Shown piece after piece: positions 1 through 9,114 of a stretch of 64,000 bases of DNA. The notes under the pieces were generated by a model. It searched no databases and was not told the DNA's origin. It saw only the letters and a program-made list of their open reading frames with translations. The stretch covers positions 209,830 to 273,829 of the forward strand of contig CAVYGB010000013.1 in the NCBI GenBank assembly GCA_963767925.1, read 5' to 3'. The translations under genes and the position numbers were made by a program. Within the stretch, counting starts at the first letter, position 1, and every line of letters starts with the position of its first letter. The DNA comes from an uncultured delta proteobacterium (GTDB lineage Bacteria > Myxococcota_A > Polyangia > Fen-1088).

Positions 1-1538
1 GCGGTGAGGTCGTCGCCCGAGAGGATCATGCCCCCGCTGGCGAACACGGCGGTGGCGTGAAACTGGTACTCCGCCTCGGGCAGGTCGCCGGTGAGCACCA
101 CCGCGTCCGAGTCGTTCCACCACAGGCGGCCGTTTTGCCAGTTCCGGCTGAGGTTCTGGCGGGTGATCTTCTTGAAGACCGGCCAGGTGCGCTTGACGTC
201 GCCGGAGCTGCGTGAGCCGTGGATCAGCCCGAACGAGCCCCAGATGGGGTGGTTGCAGCCCAGGATGAAGCTCGACCCGGCCCCCCGCAGGATCGCCTGC
301 ATGCCGCGCCGGTAGGCCTCGATGCGCGTCGCCTTGGGGTCGTGCAGCTTGCCCCCGTGCATGGCCCCCCAGAAGTTGGCGTCGAGCTTGAAATAGGTGC
401 AGCCCCACTGCTCGCGCATGGTGCGAAAGAGCTGCTCGAAGTGCTTCTGGACCTCGGGGTGGCTGCCGTCGAGGGCGTACCAGGGACCGCGCCGCCAGCC
501 CCCGAAGGTGACGGTGTTGGAGGGCAGGGGACGGCCCGCGTGTTCCCCCGACTGGCCCTTGATGAACCAGTCCGGGTGCTGCTGGAACACCTTGGACCCC
601 GCCTCGGCCACGAATGGCGCCACCCAGATCGCCGGCTCGAAGCCGCGCTTCTTGATCTGGGCGAGCACGCCCTTGATGTCGCCGCCGAAGGCCTTGCCGG
701 TGTCGAGCCAGTCGCCCATCGCCGACTGGTAGCCGTCGTCGATCTGGACGTAGCGCAGGGCCGGGACCTGCTTGGCGATGAAGTCGAGGTTGTCGCTCAC
801 CTGCTGGGCGGTCACCCGGGGCCCGAAGCAGTACCAGGAGCACCAGCCGGTGGGGGGCTTGTCGAACTTCAGCGGGGGGTGGTTGGCGTTGATCCGATCG
901 GCGAGCCCGGCCAGCAGGGGCTCGCGCGCCGGGCCGGTGGCGAAGTACAGCTCCTCTAGGTCCCAGCTCTCGCCGGGGCCGAGGGCCAGCCCCTCGGCGT
1001 CGAGCACGCCCTCGAGGTTGCCCGGGCGCAGGTAGAACCGCCCCACGAAGCGGCGGCACGAGCTCCAGGCCAGGGCCACCGGGGCCTGGCCCGGGGCGGT
1101 GAGGGTGAGCAGCCCGGTGACGGCGTGGCGGACGTCCGCCGGCTGGGGCATGCGGTAATGCTTCACCTCGTCGTAGCCGAGGTTGACGGGGGCGCCGAGG
1201 CTGCCGCCGGTCTGCGACAGCATCTGGAAGCTCTCGCCGTACAGGCGGCTGTCGTCGGGGAGGTCGTGGCGGAGGGAGAAAAGGACGATCTCCTTCACCG
1301 CCACTGGCGCGGTCCCCGGGTTGGTCAGCCGGGCCCGGCAGGTGCCACCCGCCCAGGTCCGCTCGAGGCGGAGCTGCCGCCAGCCCGCCGCCTTGTCGTC
1401 GACCGGGACCACCCGCCCGGGGGCCGCCTTCAGCCGGGTCAGGCTCACGGGGGCGCTCCCCGGGCTGGCTGCCTCGGCGCGGGGGAGGGGGGCGAGCGCG
1501 CTCAGGGCCGCGAGGTCCAGGAACGTCCGGCGCTTCAT
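1..1538 (-). CDS. Tat-exported alpha-galactosidase (GH36/melibiase-like), 3' end outside window
   Basis: Manual translation (absent from the ORF track because it runs off the edge): MKRRTFLDLAAL Tat signal; motifs TGWCSWY, YVQIDDGY, GDWL, PAIWVAPF, KLDAN(FWG). Confidence 0.85.
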   Translation of the reverse strand, partial: MKRRTFLDLAALSALAPLPRAEAASPGSAPVSLTRLKAAPGRVVPVDDKAAGWRQLRLERTWAGGTCRARLTNPGTAPVAVKEIVLFSLRHDLPDDSRLYGESFQMLSQTGGSLGAPVNLGYDEVKHYRMPQPADVRHAVTGLLTLTAPGQAPVALAWSSCRRFVGRFYLRPGNLEGVLDAEGLALGPGESWDLEELYFATGPAREPLLAGLADRINANHPPLKFDKPPTGWCSWYCFGPRVTAQQVSDNLDFIAKQVPALRYVQIDDGYQSAMGDWLDTGKAFGGDIKGVLAQIKKRGFEPAIWVAPFVAEAGSKVFQQHPDWFIKGQSGEHAGRPLPSNTVTFGGWRRGPWYALDGSHPEVQKHFEQLFRTMREQWGCTYFKLDANFWGAMHGGKLHDPKATRIEAYRRGMQAILRGAGSSFILGCNHPIWGSFGLIHGSRSSGDVKRTWPVFKKITRQNLSRNWQNGRLWWNDSDAVVLTGDLPEAEYQFHATAVFASGGMILSGDDLT

Positions 1539-1922
1539 CTTGCGTCACCTTTCTCGGGCCGCTGGCCCGGTCGAACCTTGGGGCTATCCAATCGCGGGGG
1601 GCGGGGAGCTCGCTTCTAGCCCGGAAGCGAGGCGGGCCTGAAACGGATTCGAAACCGGGTTGTCCGAATTAACTGTAAAAGACGTGACATTTCAGACACG
1701 GGCTACAAATTTGCCGCCGCGGTCGGCCAGGACCCCGAAAACCGGCCCGCCGCTCCCGGGCGACCATACCCCTGAGCGTGCCGATTCGGACACGATTTCC
1801 GCCCTTTTCATAAACTTTTGGCTTCACACGGGCCACTGGTGATGCGAGGTTCGCCACTGGCCGGAAAACGTTCGAACCGGTCAATTTCGACCCATTCCCA
1901 AATCGGGGGAGAGAGGCTGACG

Positions 1923-4673
1923 ATGCGAATAGCCCTTGCTTGTCGTGTGCTGCTGGTTGCGTCGCTGTGTCTGCTTCCGGAGCTGGTGCATGCCCAAGGC
2001 GGCGTCCTCGGGAGCATCGTCGGTAACGTTTTCGACCAGACCGGTCAGCCGCTGAGCGGTGTGAAGGTCGTCGCCGAATCCCCCACCCAGATCGGCGGCG
2101 TGCGGGTCACGTACACGAACTCCGAGGGTGGCTTCCGCTTCAACGCCCTCCAGCCCGGGACGTTCTCCGTCATGGCGACCGCGGTGAGGCTGAACGCCGT
2201 CCACCAGAAGGGGATCAAGGTCGGCACCCAGGCCCCCTCGGAGGTGACCCTGCTGATGGAGGTCGCCACCGCCACCGAGGAGGTCAAGGTCATCGAGCGC
2301 GCGCCCATCGTCTCGACCAGCACGGCGAACGTGAAGGAGCAGTGGGACGAGGAGTTCATCGACAACCTCCCGCTCGAGACCCGCACCTCGGTCGAGGAGC
2401 TGGTGGGGGCCTCCACCCCGGGCGCCAACTACGCCGGCGAGCGCCAGATGCGGGTGCGCGGTGGCAACACCCAGCAGAACCTGTTCCTCGTCGACGGCTT
2501 CAACCTCTCGGGCTTCAAGACCCTGTACAAGTCGGTCTCCTCGGTCGAGGTGTCGACCGCCGGCTATGGCGCCGACGGGGCCATCGCCCCCGGCGGCCTC
2601 GTCAGCATGGTGACCAAGGGCGGCTCCAACAAATACGAGCTCGACGTCAACGGCTTCCACGAGGACAGCCTGCTGCGGGCCGCCACCGATCAGAGCGACG
2701 AGGTGCCGCGCGACTGGCGCATGTACATCAACCCGAACTTCTCGGGCCCCATCATCAAGGACAAGCTCTGGTTCTTCGTCAACGGCGAGGCCCGCGACGA
2801 GCGCTACTCGCGCGGCGCCGACCCCAGCGGCTTTTTCCCCCGCCGGCCCACCCAGCACTACTGGAACTACCGGGCCACCACCAAGCTCACCTGGCAGATG
2901 TCCCCCCGCAACAAGCTGCAGCACTTCAGCTTCTGGAGCTGGGACTGGTCGCGCAACCGCGACGCCAACTTCGCCACCGACGAGGAGGCCCAGCGCAAGC
3001 GTGAGCGGACCGCCTTCTTCCAGGGCATCACCTTCGAGTCGCTCGTGCGCGACAACCTGTTCTTCAAGAGCCAGATCGGGTTCGGACTGCGCCAGGAGGC
3101 GCAGTCGCCCCAGTCCTGTCTCATCGACGAGGTGGGCTGCCTGCACACCGTCCCCATCGTCCAGACCATCCCCCAGACGATCAACCTGGCGAACTACAAC
3201 CTGCTCCAGCAGGACGACATCAAGCAGATCGAGTTCGTCAACGAGATCCAGTGGTACCTCAACAGCAAGACGTTCGGTGACCACGCCATCAAGGTGCAGT
3301 CCCGCTACTACAGCCAGGGCCAGTCGGTCGCCCAGGCCACCCCGGGCGACAAGGTGCTCCGGTTCGCCGGCGCGATGCCCGATCGCCAGACCACCTGGTT
3401 CTCCAACGACCCCCGCTTCGACGAGGCTCGCTACGGGTACGCCATCTTCACCAGCTCGGGGACCCGCTTCACCAACTTCGTCCAGGACGCGGCCCGCCTG
3501 ACCCGCTACTGGACGGTGACCCCCGGTCTCGCTCTGACCGCGGCCTCGTCCAGCAACAGCCGCGGGCTCACCGTCACCGACGGTGTCTCGCTGACCCCCC
3601 ACATCTCGACCGCCTGGGACGCCACCCACGACGGGCGGACCGTCCTGCGCGCCAGCTTCAACCAGTACGTCGATCCGGACGTGGGCCGGCTCGCCCGGCA
3701 CTCGCTCGGCACCCGCGTCTCGCAGGAATGCCGCTGGAACGCGGCCAACCAGGCCTACACCGACAGCTGCGTCTATTCGGGCGGCGTGCCCGGCGCCACC
3801 GTGGGGCTGCCCTGCGGCCCGAGCGGCGTCGATGCCAACGGCAACTCCTGCCGGCAGGCGCTCAAGGTGCCCCGGACCTGGGAGTACACCGCGGGCGCCG
3901 AGCGGGAGGTCCTCCCCGGCCTGGGCCTGGGCCTCGACTTCGTCTACCGCGACTTCACCAACCCCTACGCCACCAAGGAGACCAACCGGGTCTGGGATCG
4001 TTCGGCCGCAGGCTGGGAGCCCACCGGGGCCTACCGCAACGGCCGGCCCGAGGCCATCATCGATCTCGAGACCCCGAGCGAGGCCCGCCGCAAGTATCAG
4101 GGGGTGACCTTCGCTGCCCACAAGCGCGAGGGCGAGCTCAAGATCAGCGCGAGCTACACCTGGAGCCACACCTACGGCAACTCGTTCGACACCGAGAGCA
4201 ACGCCTGGGGCGACATCCCCCCGCGCGACCTCTTCCTGTGGGGCGACATGCCGGATGACGCCCGCCACGTCATCAAGACCACCCTGAACTACCGCTTCAC
4301 CCCCTGGCTGTCCTGCGGCGTCCTCTACCAGTACCGCTCGGGCACCCCCTACAACCGCTGGTACTACAACAGCTCGACCAGCGCCTACGACGTCCTGCGG
4401 GCGCGGGTCGGCGTCAACCCCGGCACCAACATCAACGACCCCGGCGACGACCGCGCGCTGCGGCTGCCCGACGTCCAGTCGTTCAACATCCAGCTCCGGG
4501 CCAACTTGCGGCCCATCCTCAAGACCGACCTCGAGCTCTGGTCGGACATCCAGAACCTGCTCGCCCTCCGTACCACGACCAGCGTCGTCACCGAGGACGG
4601 GCCGCGCTTCGGAGTTCCCGAGGGGCGCATGGGCCCGATGCTGGTCCGTCTGGGTTTCCGGTACCGCTACTGA
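1923..4673 (+). CDS. TonB-dependent receptor, Oar-like, with N-terminal carboxypeptidase-regulatory-like domain
   Basis: Signal peptide; GSIVGNVFDQTGQPLSGV; plug motif GGLVSMVTKGGSN; SGPIIKDKLWFF; C-terminal LGFRYRY beta-signal. Start placed at ATG 1923 after GGAGAGAGG. Confidence 0.9.
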   Translation: MRIALACRVLLVASLCLLPELVHAQGGVLGSIVGNVFDQTGQPLSGVKVVAESPTQIGGVRVTYTNSEGGFRFNALQPGTFSVMATAVRLNAVHQKGIKVGTQAPSEVTLLMEVATATEEVKVIERAPIVSTSTANVKEQWDEEFIDNLPLETRTSVEELVGASTPGANYAGERQMRVRGGNTQQNLFLVDGFNLSGFKTLYKSVSSVEVSTAGYGADGAIAPGGLVSMVTKGGSNKYELDVNGFHEDSLLRAATDQSDEVPRDWRMYINPNFSGPIIKDKLWFFVNGEARDERYSRGADPSGFFPRRPTQHYWNYRATTKLTWQMSPRNKLQHFSFWSWDWSRNRDANFATDEEAQRKRERTAFFQGITFESLVRDNLFFKSQIGFGLRQEAQSPQSCLIDEVGCLHTVPIVQTIPQTINLANYNLLQQDDIKQIEFVNEIQWYLNSKTFGDHAIKVQSRYYSQGQSVAQATPGDKVLRFAGAMPDRQTTWFSNDPRFDEARYGYAIFTSSGTRFTNFVQDAARLTRYWTVTPGLALTAASSSNSRGLTVTDGVSLTPHISTAWDATHDGRTVLRASFNQYVDPDVGRLARHSLGTRVSQECRWNAANQAYTDSCVYSGGVPGATVGLPCGPSGVDANGNSCRQALKVPRTWEYTAGAEREVLPGLGLGLDFVYRDFTNPYATKETNRVWDRSAAGWEPTGAYRNGRPEAIIDLETPSEARRKYQGVTFAAHKREGELKISASYTWSHTYGNSFDTESNAWGDIPPRDLFLWGDMPDDARHVIKTTLNYRFTPWLSCGVLYQYRSGTPYNRWYYNSSTSAYDVLRARVGVNPGTNINDPGDDRALRLPDVQSFNIQLRANLRPILKTDLELWSDIQNLLALRTTTSVVTEDGPRFGVPEGRMGPMLVRLGFRYRY

Positions 4674-4703
4674 TCGGAGTCGGTCGACCGCGACCCGCGC
4701 CGG

Positions 4704-4728
4704 CGGGGGGGCCAGGCCCCCCCGTTTT
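4704..4728 (+). terminator. Rho-independent terminator
   Basis: CGGGGGGGC-CAG-GCCCCCCCG followed by TTTT, 30 nt after the receptor stop codon. Confidence 0.7.
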
Positions 4729-4932
4729 CGTCGGTGGGTCGCAAACGTTTTCCTCGATGAAAAAGCCCCTGAAATCCTCCTCCGGTGCAGGAAACCAACA
4801 TGGTCTTCGAGCCGGATTCGCTGGCGCGCCCGGGGGCGATTCGCGACATTCGGGCGGCCGAACGACGACGGCGTTCCACCACCCTCGAGGCGGGCCCACC
4901 CCCGGCGGAGCATCCCCGAAAGGAGCGCGAGC

Positions 4933-6135
4933 GTGATCCGATACCTGCGTCCCATCTTGCTGGTGGCCACCGTGGCGGGGGCAGGGACGGCCCGCGCCCA
5001 GGACACCCCCCAGGTCCAGTCCGCCGGCGCGCCGCCGCGCACCGCCTTGCAGGAGCTGAAGGACCGCATCCAGATCAAGGGCCGGGTGTTCGCCCGGCTT
5101 GACTACGAGCAGGCCGATCTCGACCGGGGCGGCGGCGTCGTCGCTCAGCAAGAAGGGCTCACCCCCTCGGTGGCGAGCGCCCGCGCCGGGATCGAAGCCC
5201 GCATCGTCGACGGCCTCAGCCTCGAGCTGGAGGCCGACTTCGTCGGCCGGCCCGAGGTCAAGGACGCCTTCCTGGCGGTCAAGACCAAGCGCTGGCGGGC
5301 GAAGGCGGGGCGCTTCAAGATGCCGATCTCGGCCTTCACCCAGGAGTCACCCTGGCGGCTGGCCCTCGCCCGCCGCGGCTGGCTGGAGGAGATCCTCTCG
5401 GATCGCCTGTTGCTCACCGGGCGCCGGGAGGGGGCCATGGGCGGCATCCAGGGCGGCGGCTACTGGGACCCAGCCTTCTCGGCTTCGGTCTTCCAGTCGG
5501 TGCGCTGGGGCGAGCTCGACGGCGATCCCATCACGATGCGCAACCCCGCCCACCTCACCACGCTGGGGCGGTTCTCCGTCAAGCCGAGCGGGGTGGAGCT
5601 TGGGCTGGTCGGGCAGCGGCGGGTCACCTACGCCGGCCGCGACGGCGAGGGCCCGCTGTCCCCCCTGCGCGAGCGCGCCTTCTGGACCCTGTCGCTCGAT
5701 GCGACCGCCGACGTCGAGTTCGAGCGCACGGGCCTGCGGGTGTGGGCCGACGCGTTCGTCGGATCGAGCTGGTTCGACGCGCGGAACCTGGTCATCGACG
5801 TGACCGCCGAGGGGACCGCGATCGAGACCAACCGCTTCGTCAGCGGGCGCGCCCTGGCCGCCTTCCGCTGGGGTGGCCTCGAGCCGGGCGCCGGCTACCT
5901 GGAGGCCTTCGCCAGCGCGGGCGTGCTGGAGCCGGACCTGGCGACCACCTCCGACCTGTTCCTCGAGGTGATGGCCGGCATCAACCTCGGTCACTGGCGC
6001 GAGACCCGACTCACGGCGCAGATCGAGCACGGCCGGGCGGGGCGCAACTTTCCGTCGCAGATCTTCCGGCCCTTCGGCGATGACGTGTTGACCCGCTTCG
6101 TGGCGCTGGTTTTTCAGGTCGGTGCGGCGTTTTAG
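4933..6135 (+). CDS. Outer-membrane porin (OprO/OprP-like)
   Basis: Signal peptide; IKGRVFAR, ELEADF, VKDAF, KAGRFKMPIS resemble phosphate-selective porin family; ends in Phe. Confidence 0.6.
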   Translation: MIRYLRPILLVATVAGAGTARAQDTPQVQSAGAPPRTALQELKDRIQIKGRVFARLDYEQADLDRGGGVVAQQEGLTPSVASARAGIEARIVDGLSLELEADFVGRPEVKDAFLAVKTKRWRAKAGRFKMPISAFTQESPWRLALARRGWLEEILSDRLLLTGRREGAMGGIQGGGYWDPAFSASVFQSVRWGELDGDPITMRNPAHLTTLGRFSVKPSGVELGLVGQRRVTYAGRDGEGPLSPLRERAFWTLSLDATADVEFERTGLRVWADAFVGSSWFDARNLVIDVTAEGTAIETNRFVSGRALAAFRWGGLEPGAGYLEAFASAGVLEPDLATTSDLFLEVMAGINLGHWRETRLTAQIEHGRAGRNFPSQIFRPFGDDVLTRFVALVFQVGAAF

Positions 6136-6197
6136 CCCCACTTTCAGCCGGGCCAGGCTTCGCATAGAGTTCACATATTCTTGGAAAGGACGACACA

Positions 6198-7127
6198 ATG
6201 ACACGCTTGACCCCGCGCCTCCTTAGACTCATCGCGTTCGTTGCCCTCGCGGGTTGCGGTACGGAAGACCCCATGATGAACGGGACGGGGGGAACGGGCG
6301 GCGGCACCGGCGGGACGGGCGGCAGCCCGACCGGCGGCAGCGGTGGAGCCGGTGGCAGCGGCGGATCAACCGGAGGCAGCGGCGGCACACCCACCGGTGG
6401 CACGGGCGGGGGCGCGACCGATGCGGCCACCCAGGGTGACGCCCCGGCCAGCACCGAATATTTCCCCTTCAAGGCCGGCAACCGCTGGACCCTCCAGGTC
6501 ACCGAGCCCTCCTCGGTCCCCTACCGCAAGGAGCAGGTGGTCGTCGGGCTCGAGCCGGTTGGCGGGACCGGACCGCACGCCGCCAGGATGGCCTTGCGGG
6601 TCGAGACCCGCAAATACGCCGTCGGCAACCCCCAGATGCTCGAGGACGCCACCATAAGCTGGCAGCTCCGCGAGGGGGACAAGATCCTGCGCTACCGCGA
6701 GACGAGCTGCACCCGGTTCTCGGCGATGCTCACGAACGATCGCATCACCGCCTGCACCGTCGACGTGGAGGACTCCTGGGATCCGCCCCGCCTGCGCCTG
6801 GACGAGCGTCCCAACGGGGCGGCGCCAGTCAACGGCGTGACCTGGAACGAGACGTACACCGAGAGCAAGAAGAGCTACAACTACGCGGTCAACCCGCCTG
6901 CGGTGACCATGTCGTCCGCCTCGAACACCGACACCTGGACCGTCCTCGAGGCCAACGCGACGGTGACGGTGCCGGCCGGTTCCTTCAGCAACTGCATGGT
7001 GGTGCAGAAGAAGACCGCGGTCGCCCAGAACACGAAGACGTACTCGTTCTGCAAGGGCGTGGGCAAGGTGAAGGAGGCGGGATCGGGCCAGAACGAGGAT
7101 CTGGCCACCTTGCCGACCCTGAGGTGA
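6198..7127 (+). CDS. Lipoprotein with Gly/Thr linker, unknown function
   Basis: Lipobox LAGC; GGTGG repeats; EYFPFKAGNRW, TVTVPAGSFSNC, FCKGVGKVKE. Confidence 0.75.
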   Translation: MTRLTPRLLRLIAFVALAGCGTEDPMMNGTGGTGGGTGGTGGSPTGGSGGAGGSGGSTGGSGGTPTGGTGGGATDAATQGDAPASTEYFPFKAGNRWTLQVTEPSSVPYRKEQVVVGLEPVGGTGPHAARMALRVETRKYAVGNPQMLEDATISWQLREGDKILRYRETSCTRFSAMLTNDRITACTVDVEDSWDPPRLRLDERPNGAAPVNGVTWNETYTESKKSYNYAVNPPAVTMSSASNTDTWTVLEANATVTVPAGSFSNCMVVQKKTAVAQNTKTYSFCKGVGKVKEAGSGQNEDLATLPTLR

Positions 7128-7181
7128 CCGGAGCGGGAGGCAGCCGAACGGCGACACGATGAAGAACGGAGCGGGACCGCA

Positions 7182-8090
7182 ATGAGCGCAGGACCGGCCA
7201 CCGGCGTCGCCCTGCGCGAGGCTACCGAGGCGGATGCCCGCATGACCGCCGAGCGCGACGAGGTCAAGTACCTCGTCGCGCGCGAGCACGCCCAGGAGCT
7301 GGCCCTGGCCCTCAGCCGCCAGCTCCCCTCGCACCGGTTCACCGGCGAGGGGGCCAACCCGCTGCCCCGCCCCCGCCACTTCGTCACCACCATCTACTTC
7401 GACACGGCCTCCCGGCACCAGTACCGGGCGGCCCGGGCCAACGGCCAGCAGAACCTCAAGATGCGAGCCAAGGAGTATTACGATCTGCACCCCTCGCTGG
7501 CCGAGCTGGCCACCGACCCGCGCCAGATCGTCCGCTACAAACCGGTCCTCTGGCTCGAGCTGAAGTTCAAGGACGGCACCCGAAGCGGCAAGCGCCGCAT
7601 CGGCATCCCCAAGCCCCAGGTGCCCCACTTCTTCACCGACGGGCTGATCACCTCCGAGATGATCGACCTGCAGCGGGCCTCCTACGGCCAGGAGAGCGAG
7701 GCGATCCTGCGCGAGATCGCCGCGTACTGCGGCTGCTACGACGAGCCGATGCAGGCCGACGCCCTGGTGAACTACCGGCGCATGCCCTGGCAGGACGCGG
7801 AGGGCAACCTGCGGGTCACCCTCGACGTGGGCCTCGAGTTCTACCCGCCGCCCGCCGATCTGTGGGACCGCCGCCACCCGCTGGTGCGCGAGAGCCTGGC
7901 CCCGGTCGCCGGCCGCCAGGAGGCCGCCGTGCTGGAGCTGAAGTCCCGGGGCGAGCCGCCCACCTGGCTGACCGACCTGCTCACCCGCTTCCAGGCCCGC
8001 TGCATCCGCTTCAGCAAGTTCGAGTCCGCCTCGCAGGCGGTCCACGGCCCCGACCCCCAGCTCGACCGCGCCGTCACCGGCGAGGCCTGA
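7182..8090 (+). CDS. VTC (polyphosphate polymerase / CYTH-like) domain protein
   Basis: ExKY (RDEVKYLV), TTIYFDT, KMRAKEY, WLELKFK, VNYRR, LRVTLD, VLELK, FSKF. Confidence 0.85.
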   Translation: MSAGPATGVALREATEADARMTAERDEVKYLVAREHAQELALALSRQLPSHRFTGEGANPLPRPRHFVTTIYFDTASRHQYRAARANGQQNLKMRAKEYYDLHPSLAELATDPRQIVRYKPVLWLELKFKDGTRSGKRRIGIPKPQVPHFFTDGLITSEMIDLQRASYGQESEAILREIAAYCGCYDEPMQADALVNYRRMPWQDAEGNLRVTLDVGLEFYPPPADLWDRRHPLVRESLAPVAGRQEAAVLELKSRGEPPTWLTDLLTRFQARCIRFSKFESASQAVHGPDPQLDRAVTGEA

Positions 8091-8094
8091 TCGG

Positions 8095-9108
8095 TCAGGT
8101 CGCCTCGGCCGTGGCGAGCGCCTCGGCCTCGAGGTCGACGCCCGCCTCGCGCACCCGGTCGGCCAGTGGGCCGAGCGAGGCGGCGATCTGGGCGATCGAG
8201 CTGGCCCGGCGGGAGCTGAGGGCGACGGCCGTACTCTCCAGGATCGCCACCTGCAACGACAGGCGCGCCCGCAGGCGGTCGTGGGCGGCGCGCAGGGCCC
8301 GCAGCCGGTCCTGCAGCTCGGCGGTGGCGCGGCCGGCGCGGGCGAAGTCGTCGCGCGCGGCCGGGTCGGCTGTGGCCTCGGCCGCCCGGGCCAGCGCGCT
8401 CCCCCGCGCCTCCAGCTCGACCAGGTCCACGCTGTGAAGCTCCGCCCGCAGCTCGCGACACCGCTGTGCCAGGTCCACGACCTGCAGGGTGAGGTCGCCG
8501 GCGGCCGCCCGCAGCTCGACCGCGGCGGCGCTGCCGTCGCCGGTCAGGCCGGCCCGGGTCCGCGCGTGCGCGGCGGCCGCTCGCCGCACCAGGGCCCCCT
8601 CCTCGGCGGCGTCGGCGGGAAACCGTCCGGCCGCGGCCAGCCGCTCGCCGAGCGGGTCGCGGGCGGTCGGCCCGAGGTGACCGGGCAGCAGGCCCAGCGC
8701 TCCCACCAGCCCGGCCAGGGCGCCTGCGGCGGTGTTTTCACCGAGGGCTCGCCAGGTCAGCGCCGCCAGGGCCAGGCCAGGCAGGACCCCCAGCGTGGCC
8801 AGCAGGGCCCGCCCGCCCCGGTTGCGCCGCCCGGCCAGCACCGAGGCCAGGGCAGCGCCCCCCGCCAGCGCCAGCAGCAGCTCGCCCGGCCGGGGCAGGG
8901 GGACCACCTCGGCCAGCGCGCCCACCGCCGCGCCCAGCCCGATCAGGACCAGGGCCCCCCGCTGGAAGGCGCCGTGGTCAAGGATCTGCCAGCCACCCTG
9001 CCAGGCTTCGCCGGTCACAGCTTCGCCGGTCACAGCTTCGCCGGTCACAGCTTCGCCGGTCACAGCTTCGCCGGTCACAGCTTCGCCGGTCACAGCTTCG
9101 CCGGTCAC
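8095..9108 (-). CDS. Hypothetical membrane protein with coiled-coil C-terminus and N-terminal (VTGEA)7
   Basis: About four hydrophobic segments followed by a helical region; GTG start overlaps the vWA gene stop. Confidence 0.7.
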   Translation of the reverse strand: MTGEAVTGEAVTGEAVTGEAVTGEAVTGEAVTGEAWQGGWQILDHGAFQRGALVLIGLGAAVGALAEVVPLPRPGELLLALAGGAALASVLAGRRNRGGRALLATLGVLPGLALAALTWRALGENTAAGALAGLVGALGLLPGHLGPTARDPLGERLAAAGRFPADAAEEGALVRRAAAAHARTRAGLTGDGSAAAVELRAAAGDLTLQVVDLAQRCRELRAELHSVDLVELEARGSALARAAEATADPAARDDFARAGRATAELQDRLRALRAAHDRLRARLSLQVAILESTAVALSSRRASSIAQIAASLGPLADRVREAGVDLEAEALATAEAT

Positions 9109-9114
9109 AGCTTC
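9005..9114. repeat. 15-bp tandem repeat GCTTCGCCGGTCACA x7 (+5 bp)
   Basis: Read directly from the sequence; perfect copies. Confidence 0.97.

Noticed and set aside
4730..4930. Possible riboswitch or ncRNA upstream of the porin (also checked 1540-1920, 17820-18180, 37250-37760)
   Set aside because: No recognisable consensus; an Rfam/Infernal search would be needed
1881..5078. Very long antisense or alternate-frame ORFs (also 37740-41396, 55150-58497, 28336-31764, 37997-40915)
   Set aside because: Shadow ORFs of GC-rich genes: low-complexity R/G/P/A translations with no motifs, overlapping well-supported CDS
6150..6165. Sigma54-like GG-N10-GC site before the lipoprotein gene
   Set aside because: Weak match, expected by chance at this GC content
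9005..9114. Possible CRISPR array
   Set aside because: Head-to-tail 15-mers with no spacers and no cas genes nearby
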